A stretch of 54,094 nucleotides of DNA, taken from NCBI RefSeq assembly GCF_001194135.2, contig NC_068983.1, forward strand, positions 59,861,811 to 59,915,904. Reading direction: 5' to 3'. Positions 41,442-52,560 of the stretch are shown one piece after another; position 1 is the stretch's first letter; each line of letters starts with the position of its first letter. Below the pieces are notes generated by a model, which did not search any database, was not told the DNA's origin, and saw only the letters and a list, made by a program, of their open reading frames with translations. The stretch comes from Octopus bimaculoides. Its lineage: Eukaryota. Made by a program: the position numbers and the translations under genes.

Positions 41442-42240
41442 GTAATTTAATATCTGTTCATTGTTTTCTGATTACTTTTCACTGTTAACTTTTAATCTGA
41501 TAGTGGCACTCTATGATGATGAGTTCTCAGAGTATCTATTAAAGAATATATTTGATTTAGATATTTCTACATTAAAAAAAAAATGTTCTATTTGAATGAA
41601 GAAACAAAACGAACAACCTTTTGACAAATAATGTCTCACCTTGTTTACAAAAACTTTGTAAGATTTATATAAAATTATAAGCAGTGTCAATATATTTTGA
41701 TATAAGGTGTTATAAATGGTTTCTTTTGCTTTTGTTACAAATATAATATGAATCTAGCTCCTATGTTTGCCACAGGATTTGGATTTTCAAAATGGAAATG
41801 GAAAGATAAATTCTATAAATCTGTGACTTAGCAGTTTCCCTTTTTAACCCTTGTAATACCAATCTGTTTGAGACTGCCTGTGGTTGCTAGCAGTCAATCA
41901 GGACTATGAGTGTTTCAACTTGCCATAAGATTAACATCGACAATTTATATGTATATATGTTTGTGCATGTTTGTTTATGTATATGTAAGTATATNNNNNN
42001 NNNNNNNNNNNNNNNNNNNNNNNNNNNNNNNNNNNNNNNNNNNNNNNNNNNNNNNNNNNNNNNNNNNNNNNNNNNNNNNNNNNNNNNNNNNNNTATATAT
42101 ATATAATAGTGACAGAAGCAGTATTAATACTAGAAGGTATTAATACTACTTCTCAAGGTAAACAATGCAGTAATCTGTGTTCTAGCACAACCTCCATGTT
42201 AAGCTGAAGATCAAGATTACCTTTTGATACATATATCATC

Positions 42241-42271
<31 letters not shown>

Positions 42272-42579
42272 CATGCACACACACATGCATGCACACATAC
42301 ACACACATGCACACATAGCAAAACGAAAATGGAATTTTTTTTGTATTACTTATTCACCATTACACATCTTTCATTTGCTAGTAGAAATTATAAAGTTTTA
42401 CATATTAGATAGACATGTAAGGAATATCTCTATCATTCCCAATTTTAATATGTATTTTGACTAATGATTGTTTCTAAATAAGAATGAGGTGGAAGTTCAG
42501 AGAACTATTACCTCTGTTGGCCACAAAAAAGACTCTCTCTCAGAGTGAAAAGTAGACTGTATGAAGTTTGTGTGCAAAT

Positions 42580-42925
42580 TGCTATACTCCATGGGCTCTG
42601 AATGCAGAAGACATGTGTAGACTGGAGAGGAATGAAGGTAGTATGCTCTGTTGGATGTGCAAATGTGTTGAGAGGAAGTTGCGCATAAGAGGAATTAAAT
42701 GCAGCATGCAAGAGAGAAGATTACATTAGTTTGGACATGTGATGAAGACAGCTGTATAAAGAAGTGCCATTCACTGAAAGTGGATGGTACCTGTGGAAGA
42801 GGGAGACTCAGAGGGACATGGGATGAAGTGGTGAAGACTAATCTCAGGATGTTAGGCCTTGTGGCGAAAATGACAATGGACCGAGATATCTGGTGATATG
42901 AGGTTCTTGAAAAAACCCACCCGTG
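42580..42925 (+). mobile_element. Degraded RTE LINE RT C-terminal fragment
   Basis: DEDSCIKKCHSLKVDGTCGRGRLRGTWDEVVKTNLRMLGL, paralogous to 52153-52506. Confidence 0.75.
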
Positions 42926-43644
42926 TCAGTGAAACTGTGTTCTAGTAACGCTGTATGTTCCACCCACTTGTAACAAACTTTTCCTACACCCTACACCAAC
43001 AAACTAAGTCTCTTCTCTTCCTCATATTTCCTCTTTCATGTACTATGTTTATCTCTCACTCCCCAATCCTATCTATTCGGCCCTGCTCATTGTATCATCG
43101 CTATTCAGTAGTCCCCCATCCCCTCTATATACCCAGGTTTTCACCAGCCACTACATTCCTGACTCCCACTCTCTACTCATGCTTCTTTGGCAATACCCTG
43201 CCACTTATATTATGACCTCTGTACCTTGAGCGTATGCCCTGACACTTGCCACCATCTCTTTTTCCGTATGATAGTGGTACTTATTTATAGCTATTACAAC
43301 ATGATGTCAAAACAGAAGGAAACAAACATACCCTTCACATACTTATATATACACACACATGCACAAACACACTGCTTTCAACCTTCATCTACCAAATCCA
43401 CTCACAAGGCTTTGATCAGCTTTGGGCTATAGTAGAAGCCACTTGTGCAAGTTGCCACACAATGGTGCTAAATCCCAAACCCCATGATTTGATAAGCAAG
43501 CTTCTTAATCACACAGATTTAATAAGATTTGCTTGGCTATTTCTAATGTCTTTTCATGGCAGCTATACATATATCACATCAATAAATTTGCATCAGGAAT
43601 TCTAGGACTGTTGATTTTCAAGTTCAGAATATATTTCAGCCTTG

Positions 43645-43968
43645 TGAAGTCATGTGACTTAATAGTTAGGGTATGTGGCTCACAATCATTAGGTCGTGAA
43701 TTTGATTCCTGGTGGCATGTTGTATCCTTGAGAAAGACACTTTATTTCACATTGCTCCAGTCCACCCAGCTGGCAAAGATGAGTCGTACCTGTAATTCAA
43801 AGGGCCACCCTCTTCACATTCTGTGTTACACCAAATCTCCCTGAGAACTACATAAAGGGTATGTATGCTTGTGGAGTGCTCATCTACTCGCACGTTAATT
43901 CCATGAGCAGGTTGTTCTGTTGATTAGATCAACTGCAAAACTTGTCATCATAACTGACAGAGGGCCAA
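43645..43968 (+). mobile_element. SINE family Z
   Basis: Homologous to 12200-12505 (TTGCTCCAGTCC...TTCAAAGGGCC...AATCTCCCTGAGAA). Confidence 0.65.
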
Positions 43969-44892
43969 TGTATTTCAGCCATAAAATGTTGCTGACTTTA
44001 TGCAATGCACAAGTCCAAATTATCCTGGAGTACTCCTCTCACTTTTAGTGTGAATCATTTTTATTCTTTTTAATTTTCTTTTTTATGCTACCAAAGATAC
44101 ACAGCTTCATTCATCAACACTTTTAAACTACTCACATATTAGCAAGCTGTTGTCTGTCTCTGTCTTCTCTTAAAACTGTCTCTGCTCAGAAAATGACCAA
44201 TTTTATACAACTTCTGCCTAAATATATACACTTCACTCATCATTCTTACATTTATTACTCATACTATACCTCATTCTCTACCCTTTACACAAAATATTTT
44301 TCCCAATCTTTCTCTTCGTAATTGCATTTTTTGCAACTCTATGCCTACATTTTCCTTTCAGCTACTAAATTACAAAAGTTTAAACCTAAGCATTAGCCAT
44401 ATCAATCCCCCATCCTCTATTCTAGGACTACTTGAAAAGCTTATGAGCACTGTTGCTTGTTTGTTTGTTTTTTCTTTTGTTTTTTTTGTTTTTTATTCTT
44501 CCATTCTAAATTTTTTTTAAATTGTAACTGCATAAATATAGTCCTAAAACCATAATAAATGGCAGATGAAAGGTAATTTCCAACATTTTTCTGAATAACT
44601 CTCTTTGATATTTTCAATCTAATGATAAAATGCACTTTGAGCTTAATATCATCATTAACATTTTAACATTTGTTTTTCCATGCTGATATGGGCTGGGAAA
44701 GGGATCTGCAATAGAGCACTCTACTAATAATCTCAATCTTTCATCATCTCTTCTGTAAAGCCCAGCATCCTCAGATCTGACTTCACCACCTTTTCCAATG
44801 GTTTTTTTGTTTCTATCTTTCTCTTGCCAAACTATATTGAGGTACAGAACACAGTACTTTTTCACTAGTACATATTCATTGTTCATATAACA

Positions 44893-45122
44893 TTAACCCT
44901 TTAACATTCAGATTACTTTGTCAAACGTAATGCTTATTTATTCACATTGTTTTAAAATTGATTGTGCACTATCCTATAGCTTTGAGATTTTGGTAATGTG
45001 ATTGTTTATTTTTAAAATGACATTGTAGGGTTGCTGTGAGAGGCCAGATTTGGCTGATCTGAAGATAAAATAAGTAGAATAATTTGGCCAGATATGACTA
45101 GTTTAAATACTAAAAAAGTTAA
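44893..45122. mobile_element. piggyBac-type MITE
   Basis: TTAACCCTTTAACATTC ... TTTAAATACTAAAAAAGTTAA; interior homologous to 31266-31470. Confidence 0.7.
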
Positions 45123-45488
45123 ATACTCTGATTTTTGAGGACCTGTTTCTAACGATCATTGGGAAGATGTCATAGTCAAACAATTCATCCCCAAACGTCA
45201 GAGAAGGAACAATGAAGGGAAGAATGGAACCACATTGCAACCAATGTTGTAAAATAACATCTGATTGTTTGGTTGAAAAGTGAGAAGTGATATTTAAATA
45301 AATTTCAGTGTATTTCAACAAAGATCTTGCAAGATAAAAGTACCAGTGCATAATTCAATAATTTAAAACTATCAACAAAATGTCTGGAATTTGTTGAGTT
45401 TCTATGAACATCTGTAGTACTAGTATCTGCTAACTTAAAAGTTTTATCAGTTCTCCAGTAGCCAAGATTATTTTCCTCTTTGAACCCA

Positions 45489-45527
<39 letters not shown>

Positions 45528-46044
45528 TATTCTGGTACACATTTGAAGCAAATGTTACCCATATGACTAGCCAGCTTTCACTCACCAACAATAGCCTACA
45601 CCTCATTGATGTATATTTTTCTTCTGTCTTTTACACTGCTATTTATAAAGGTTTTGCTGCAAGTTCATCACAGGCAATTATACTGCAGTAAATATATCTC
45701 CTATAATTTTATTGCTTGGTAATTTCATCACAAAATAATTAAATCAAGAGCCATTATGTAAATTCGTCATCAGGCTAATTGTATCATTGGTAAAAAATCA
45801 TCAGTGTGCTTTATCTGTTGAGTAAATGCATTGTTAAGAATTATCTAAAGTTTTATCCATAGACAAAATACATCACATTTCATTAACAAGGAAAATGAAA
45901 AAAAATCAATGACAAAACATTCATCTTATGATCTGGAAAATTGTAGAAATGTTAAAAAAGGAACAATGAGGAAATGAAATAATAATCAATGTATTGTTGC
46001 AGAAAATCTACACAGCGAAATATATATTACACATATTTTTTTTT

Positions 46045-46195
46045 TCTCTCCTTGTTTCTTTCTGTGTTCCTTTCTGTGGAAGAGCGTAGGCTCGAAACGT
46101 TAAAGACTTTTTCAATTCCTGAGCGTTATACTAATACATCCATTTGTTTTCTACATCACCTGTCTTCGTCTTTTGTCTTTTTGTGAATTCTCCCT
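46045..46195 (+). mobile_element. Penelope-like terminal repeat fragment with hammerhead-like motif
   Basis: CTTTCTGTGGAAGAGCGTAGGCTCGAAACGTTAAAG at 46070-46105; the fragment runs into (TA)n and a gap. Confidence 0.5.
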
Positions 46196-46674
46196 ATATA
46201 TATATTTATATATATATNNNNNNNNNNNNNNNNNNNNNNNNNNNNNNNNNNNNNNNNNNNNNNNNNNNNNNNNNNNNNNNNNNNNNNNNNNNNNNNNNNN
46301 NNNNNNNNNNNNNNNNNNNNNNNNNNNNNNNNNNNNNNNNNNNNNNNNNNNNNNNNNNNNNNNNNNNNNNNNNNNNNNNNNNNNNNNNNNNNNNNNNNNN
46401 NNNNNNNNNNNNNNNNNNNNNNNNNNNNNNNNNNNNNNNNNNNNNNNNNNNNNNNNNNNNNNNNNNNNNNNNNNNNNNNNNNNNNNNNNNNNNNNNNNNN
46501 NNNNNNNNNNNNNNNNNNNNNNNNNNNNNNNNNNNNNNNNNNNNNNNNNNNNNNNNNNNNNNNNNNNNNNNNNNNNNNNNNNNNNNNNNNNNNNNNNNNN
46601 NNNNNNNNNNNNNNNNNNNNNNNNNNNNNNNNNNNNNNNNNNNNNNNNNNNNNNNNNNNNNNNNNNNNNNNNNN

Positions 46675-46743
<69 letters not shown>

Positions 46744-46845
46744 CACCCACATACATAAAATTAACTTAGATATTTTTTATGTATATTTTGAGTAAATTTC
46801 CAATAGATATTCTTTGAATTTCCTTCATATTGTTAACCATATGCA

Positions 46846-47182
46846 GGAGTGGCTGTATGGTAAGTAGCTTGCTTACCAACCACATGGTTCTGGGTTCAGT
46901 CCCACTGCATGGCACCTTGGGCAAGTGTCTTCTACTATAGCGTTGGGCCAACCAAAGCCTTGTGAGTGGATTTGGTAGATGGAAACTGAAAGAAGCCCAT
47001 CATATATATTGCTTGACAACCGATGCTGGTGTGTTTACGTCCCCGTAACTTAGTGGTTCGGCAAAAGAGACCGATAGAATAAGTACTAGGCTTCCAAAGA
47101 ATAAGTCCTGAGGTCGATTTGCTCGACTAAAGGCGGTGCTCCAGCATGGCCGCAGTCAAATGACTGAAACAAGTAAAAGAGT
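46846..47182 (+). mobile_element. SINE family X, near full length
   Basis: GGAGTGGCTGTATGGTAAG head, GGCACCTTGGGCAAGTGTC core, TGACTGAAACAAGTAAAAGAGT tail. Confidence 0.85.
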
Positions 47183-48075
47183 ATATGTGATGTATTTATT
47201 CTGCAAATAAAACTTGAAAATAAACTTTAGCTACATATTTACACTACAAATAAAAAAACTCTGATGATGAATTTACCAACACCAAATTTAGCATAAGAAT
47301 GAATTTACCATTCACATATGGGTTTGTGGTGTGACTACCTTGCAATGAAATCACTATTTGATGAAATTACATGCGATACATTTGCCATGGTTAAATTACA
47401 GGTAATATATTTACTGTAGAAATAGTTATAGGTGACGTGTTTACCATCATATAATTACCATGTGGAATTTACCAGATGCCATTATAAAGACCTTTGCTGT
47501 TCAAGTTAACAGGCTGCATGCTTCCTCCACTAAACTCATTTCATGCCCCCACCTACTTTTTCCCTTTCTTTTCATATCATATTTCCTTTCGGTGTTTATA
47601 CTTTCATCCTTAGATCTGCATTTATACAGTGCAGTCGACTTATGGCTTTCCCTTCAGTCACTAACATGCTAAAGTCAAATTACATTAATGTCACCGACTT
47701 TTTTGCTTTATCATAGTAAAGGAAGGGAAAACTGAATTTGTTATGATTATTTCTTTTCCTCTTTGCATTAATAAATAGAATTTCCTTGAATGGATTTGAT
47801 AAATTCTAGCATGGCCATCACTGTGCGGTTGAAAAGCTTACATCACAATCATATATACGCACACACACACACATGTACATGCACACACACACACACACAC
47901 ACACACACAAGCATATTTTATAAGAGAATGATTTCATCTAAATCATGGTTCTCAACTATTTTTTGCTTATAGACTCCTTGTGATTCCTATTTTACTCTAC
48001 TGGACACCACGGATCCTACCTAAGCTTCCAACCTATGGCAGCATGGAAAGCTAACATAGAAATGATAATGATGAT

Positions 48076-48114
<39 letters not shown>

Positions 48115-48411
48115 GCAATGCAAATAATCTACAAGAAAGATAAAAGTCAAAACATGAGTGTATATATTTTATTAATATTTAGCAGAAGTAACAGAGTGAC
48201 TCGAGGGCTGAGAGTTTTGTGGGTTAATTTGCTAAGTGCTGACACACTTTACAGAGTACACTGGGTGCTTTTTATGTGGTACCAGCACCAGTTAAGTCTG
48301 CTTTGGTATGGTTTCATGGCTGTATGCCCTTCCTAACTTGGCCCTTGAGTCAAAGCACTTGGCCCTTGAGTCACTCTGTTACTTCTGCTAAATATTAATA
48401 ATATAACTATA

Positions 48412-48802
48412 GGAGTGGCTGTGTGGTAAGTAGCTTGCTTACCAACCACATGGTTCTGGGTTCAGTCCCACTGCGTGGCATCTTGAGCAAGTGTCTTCTA
48501 CTATAGTCTTGGGCCGACCAAAGCCTTGTGAGTAGATTTGGTAGATGGAAACTGAAAGAAGTCCGTCATATATATGTATATATATATGTGTAAGTTTGTT
48601 TGTCTGTGTTTGACCCCCTAGCATTGCTTGACAGACGATGCTGGTGTGTTTATGTCCCCATCACTTAGCGGTTCGGCAAAAGAGACCAATAGAATAAGTA
48701 GTAGGCTTACAAAGAATAAGTGCCAGGGTCGATTTGCTTGACTAAAGGCGGTGCTCCAGCATGGCCACAGTCAAATGACTGAAACAAGTAAAAGAGTAAA
48801 AG
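48412..48802 (+). mobile_element. SINE family X, ending ~90 nt upstream of the exon B acceptor
   Basis: Full head, core and tail as at 46846. Confidence 0.85.
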
Positions 48803-48893
48803 GGGTATCACTACCTTAATTACCTCTTTTCTTCATTTCTCCTCCATTTTCATTTCCCATTGTGTTTTTGTTTTCTTTTTTTTTTTTTTCTAG

Positions 48894-49077
48894 GTAGATT
48901 ATTTAAATGCCAAACTACTCATTACTGATGATGATTTACGAGCCATGGGAGGAGACGCACAAATATTGATGGAGAACTTCCAGTATTTACGTGTTGAGAG
49001 ACGACAAGAGTACGGCACAACTTCTGTTAATCTCAATTTAAGCACAGTCCATGTAGCCACCTATGTGTACCACAAAA
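48894..49077 (+). CDS. CACNA2D: alpha-2/delta exon B (184 nt, phase 0-1): VDYLNAKLLITDDDLRAMGGDAQILMENFQYLRVERRQEYGTTSVNLNLSTVHVATYVYHK
   Basis: Poly-T and CTAG acceptor, GTAAGC donor at 49078. YLNAK and VNLNLSTVHV-T-VY match the alpha2delta motifs YFNA and VNISLSDVQVPTNMY. Confidence 0.88.
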
Positions 49078-49167
49078 GTAAGCTATCCTCCTTCCTTTCA
49101 ACCATTTCTGAAATTGTTAAGCATCTTTTGGTGTCATTGCTATTAACATGCAGTTCTTTTCTTTCAG

Positions 49168-49299
49168 CCCTCGATGTTCTCAATGGAGTACAGTGGACTC
49201 GTGCCTTAGACAAGGTCTTTAAGGAAAATAAAGACAATGACTCAAATTTATCTTGGCAATACTTTGGTAGTGCTGTAGGCTTCATGAGAGTTTATCCCG
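49168..49299 (+). CDS. CACNA2D: alpha-2/delta exon C (132 nt, phase 1-1): (T)LDVLNGVQWTRALDKVFKENKDNDSNLSWQYFGSAVGFMRVYP(G)
   Basis: TTCTTTCAG acceptor and GTAAGT donor at 49300. Contains the family hallmark W...LD.VF..N....L.WQYFGS..GF.R.YP. Confidence 0.95.
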
Positions 49300-49312
49300 G
49301 TAAGTATAACCA

Positions 49313-49486
49313 CATCATCATCATCATCATCATCATCGTTTAACGTCCGCTTTCCATGCTAGCATGGGTTGGACGATTTGACTGAGGACTGGTGAAACCG
49401 GATGGCAACACCAGGCTCCAATCTAATTTGGCAGAGTTTCTACAGCTGGATGCCCTTCCTAACGCCAATGCCCTTCCTAACGCCAA
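49313..49486 (-). mobile_element. Young 5'-truncated RTE-tail insertion next to the exon C donor
   Basis: (CAT)n then CGTTTAACGTCCGCTTTCCATGC...; reverse complement nearly identical to 158-300. Confidence 0.85.
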
Positions 49487-50368
49487 ATATTAAAAAAAAA
49501 TTTCCCTTCCTCAGTTCTTTCAATTTCTTTGTTTTTTTTGCCTTTTTCCATTATGTTTGATTCTTTTTTTAATGTTTGCTGACATTTTCCACCCACCATT
49601 CTCTCTTTCCTTTATGATCAAGCTTATTTTCACCTGTATTCTTGCATATGAACAGACATACAGGTATGCCTGCATGTACACACACACACACAAACACAGG
49701 TGCATACACATACATACACACACACACTTTCTCTGTCTCTTTTGTAAAATTATAGTATACATCTTTCTCTGATGGTTCTTAATCATCATCTATATGTTGA
49801 TGCTGATACTGAGGGTGCTGGATGGTGTTGGCAGCTGCAGTTATCTCTACATTATGTATATTATGTATATAGAACCGGGACTAAAAAAAACCTTTGAGCT
49901 GGTGCTCCAGTATGGCTACTGGCAAATGACTGAAGCAAGTCAAAGAGTAAAAGAAAAATGGTTACAAAAATCTTCCAATTCTTTTGGAAACATTTTTTTC
50001 AAGCTCAGAATTGTCAACACATGAAACAAACTATAGTCATGTTAGTTGTTAACTGCCAGGGCACTGCATCCTTCAAAAATTCCATGCTTTTCACAGTTTA
50101 CCAACATCAGTCCTCATGTACTTATGCACCCTTTCCTCTTTATGACTCTTTTGCTCTTCACTTTCCTATCCATTTGTATTTTATTATTTCCACAGCTAGC
50201 CACCTACACTTTTCTCTGCAAAATAGGGGTAGTTTATCCTGTTCAGGCTATATTATTAGCATTATTCTGCGATTGAGAATTTAAAATCACTTCTTTAACT
50301 TTCTAAAAGACATCTCAACGCTTCTAAAAGCAAACTTCGTTTGTTTATTTACGTTTGTCATAATTTGA

Positions 50369-50435
<67 letters not shown>

Positions 50436-50437
<2 letters not shown>

Positions 50438-51129
50438 GGCGGCAAGCTGTCAGAATTGTTAGCATGCTGGGCGAAATGCTTAGCAGTATTTCATCTGCCG
50501 CTACAGTTTTAGTTCAAATTTCACCGAGGTCAACTTTGCCTTTCATCTTTTTGGGATCGATAACTTAAGTACCAGTGAAACACTGGGGTCGATGTAATTG
50601 ACTCATTTCCTCCCCCAAATCACTGCCCTTGTGGCAAAGTTTGAAACCATTATTATTAAGGTGGTGAGCTAAAGCAGCAAGCTGAGAGAACCATTCGCAA
50701 GCCAGGTGAAATACTTAGCAGCATTTCATCTGTCTTTACATTCTGAGTTCAAATTCTGCCATGGTCAACTTTGCCTTTCATCCTTTCATGGTTGATAAAA
50801 TAAGTACTAGTTGAATACTGGGGCTGATGTAATCAATTAACCCACTTCCCCAAAATTGCTGGCCTTGTCACAAAATTTGAAACCATTATTATTGTTATTA
50901 TTATTAAGACAGCAAGATGGCAGAACCATTAACATGTTGGGTAAATGCTTAGTGACATTTCTTCAGACTCTTCACATTCGGATTTCAAATCTTGCTTCTG
51001 TTAACTTTACCTTTCATCATTCTGGGGTCAATAAAATAAAGTACCAATGAAGCACTTGTGTCCGTGTAATTGTCTAATCTTCTCCTCCTAAGATTACTGG
51101 CCTTGTGCCAAAATTTGAAACCATTATTA
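50436..51129 (+). mobile_element. Three head-to-tail family Y SINEs separated by (ATT)n
   Basis: Heads at 50436, 50658 and 50906; each copy ends TTTGAAACCATTATT. Confidence 0.8.
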
Positions 51130-51606
51130 TAATTTTTTTCTTCCTTTTGTTCCTTAAAAGATAAATATATCTAATTTTATCTCTCTGTCAGCTTCTTTCT
51201 CTCATTTTCTTTCTTTTCTCCTTTTCCTTCCCTTTTAAAATTGTGTTTACTTCTTGCTTTTACAGTGCCTTGTTCTTCCATCTTATTCATCCCATTGTAA
51301 TTATTTTAATTTCAGTGTTTACATTTGTCAAGTTATTCTCAAGTGTTACAACTTAGGTTTTTTCCATTTGAATTGTTTTAAAAGTCGTCTACAAGTCTGA
51401 CTCTAGTCATCAGTTAAAATACGTATGTTCTGCATTAGTTGTTTTGGCTTCACACAGCAATTAATTACGTGCAATTACAATTATAATATGAGAACTAATA
51501 GTTTGTAATAAAACAGTTATCTATGTATTTATCCACGGCTGTAACAGTTCAAAAAGTATCAGCATTTACATTCCTTTTTCTTTTCTATTTCCTTATTTCC
51601 TTACAG

Positions 51607-51670
51607 GGATAAAATGGCCAATAAATGATGAAGATCGTATTGATTTATATGATTGCCGTCTGCAGGGTTG
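51607..51670 (+). CDS. CACNA2D: alpha-2/delta exon D (64 nt, phase 1-2): (G)IKWPINDEDRIDLYDCRLQG(W)
   Basis: Pyrimidine tract and TTACAG acceptor, TG/GTAAGT donor. GIKW...YDCRxxxW matches alpha2delta GIKW...FDCRNRKW; phase continues exon C. Confidence 0.93.
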
Positions 51671-51981
51671 GTAAGTAATGTTCAGAGTTATAATTTTGGA
51701 GTAGAAAACAGATAAAGTACTATGTTTCACTGTGGTGAGAAATATTTTTGACAATGAATATTACTGAGATTATGCATGTATGTATGTATTTATGTATGTA
51801 TGTATGTATGTATGTATGTATGTATCTTTTCAAATGCAGAGTTGCTGCTAGAACAACAGAAATACTGGATAAATTACTTTTACAAGGCAGAAGAATTTGT
51901 CAACAACCAACCAAGGAACTCAAACCCATATCCTTCAAAGACTCCAGCTGAATACTTTGCCATTAGGCTAAACTGCCCACT

Positions 51982-52029
<48 letters not shown>

Positions 52030-52061
52030 NNNNNNNNNNNNNNNNNNNNNNNNNNNNNNNN

Positions 52062-52560
52062 GAATAGCCTGGGCAAAGTTCAGAGAGCTCCTACCTCTGC
52101 TGGTGACAAAGGGCCTTTTGCTCAAACTGTATGACACATTGTACGAACAGCCATGCTACATGGCAGTGAAACATGGGCCGTGATTGCTGAGGACATGCGT
52201 AAGCTTGCAAGGAATGAAGCCAGTATGCTCTGCTGGATGTGTAATGTCAATGTGCATACTCAGCAGAGTGTAAATGCCTTGAGAGAGAAGTTGGCCCTAA
52301 GAAGCATCAGATGTGGTGTGCAAGAGATACGACTGTGCTGGTATGGTCATGTGGTGAGAATGGATGAGGATAGCTGTGTGAAAAAGTGTCACACCCCAGC
52401 GGTTGAGGGAACCTGTGGAAGAAGTAGACCCAGGAAGACCTGGGATGAGGTGGTGAAGCATGACCTTCAAACATTAGGCCTCACCGAGGCAATGACTAGT
52501 GATTGAGACCTTTGGAAATATGCTGTGCTTGAAAAGACCCGGCAGGCTAAGTGAGACCAA
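52062..52560 (+). mobile_element. RTE LINE ORF2 C-terminal fragment
   Basis: IAWAKFRELLPLLVTKG / MLHGSETWAVIAEDMRKLARNEASMLCWM...LCWYGHVVRMDEDSCVKKC..GRSRPRKTWDEVVKHDL, a typical RTE C-terminus; frameshifted, with an in-frame stop near the end. Confidence 0.9.

Noticed and set aside
38450-43132. Shared 16-mer CATCCCCTCTATATAC in inverted orientation (38450-38465, 43117-43132) around exon A
   Set aside because: Likely remnants of one old repeat family; the surrounding similarity is too low for a stable duplex.
45103-45480. Minus-strand frames that look vaguely coding (…HWYFYLARSLLKYTEIY…LQHWLQCGSIL)
   Set aside because: No identifiable domain or splice signals; may be an old repeat, and needs a Dfam or tBLASTn search.
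46846-48460. tRNA-like A/B boxes in SINE heads
   Set aside because: No complete cloverleaf or acceptor stem; these are tRNA-derived SINE heads, not tRNA genes.
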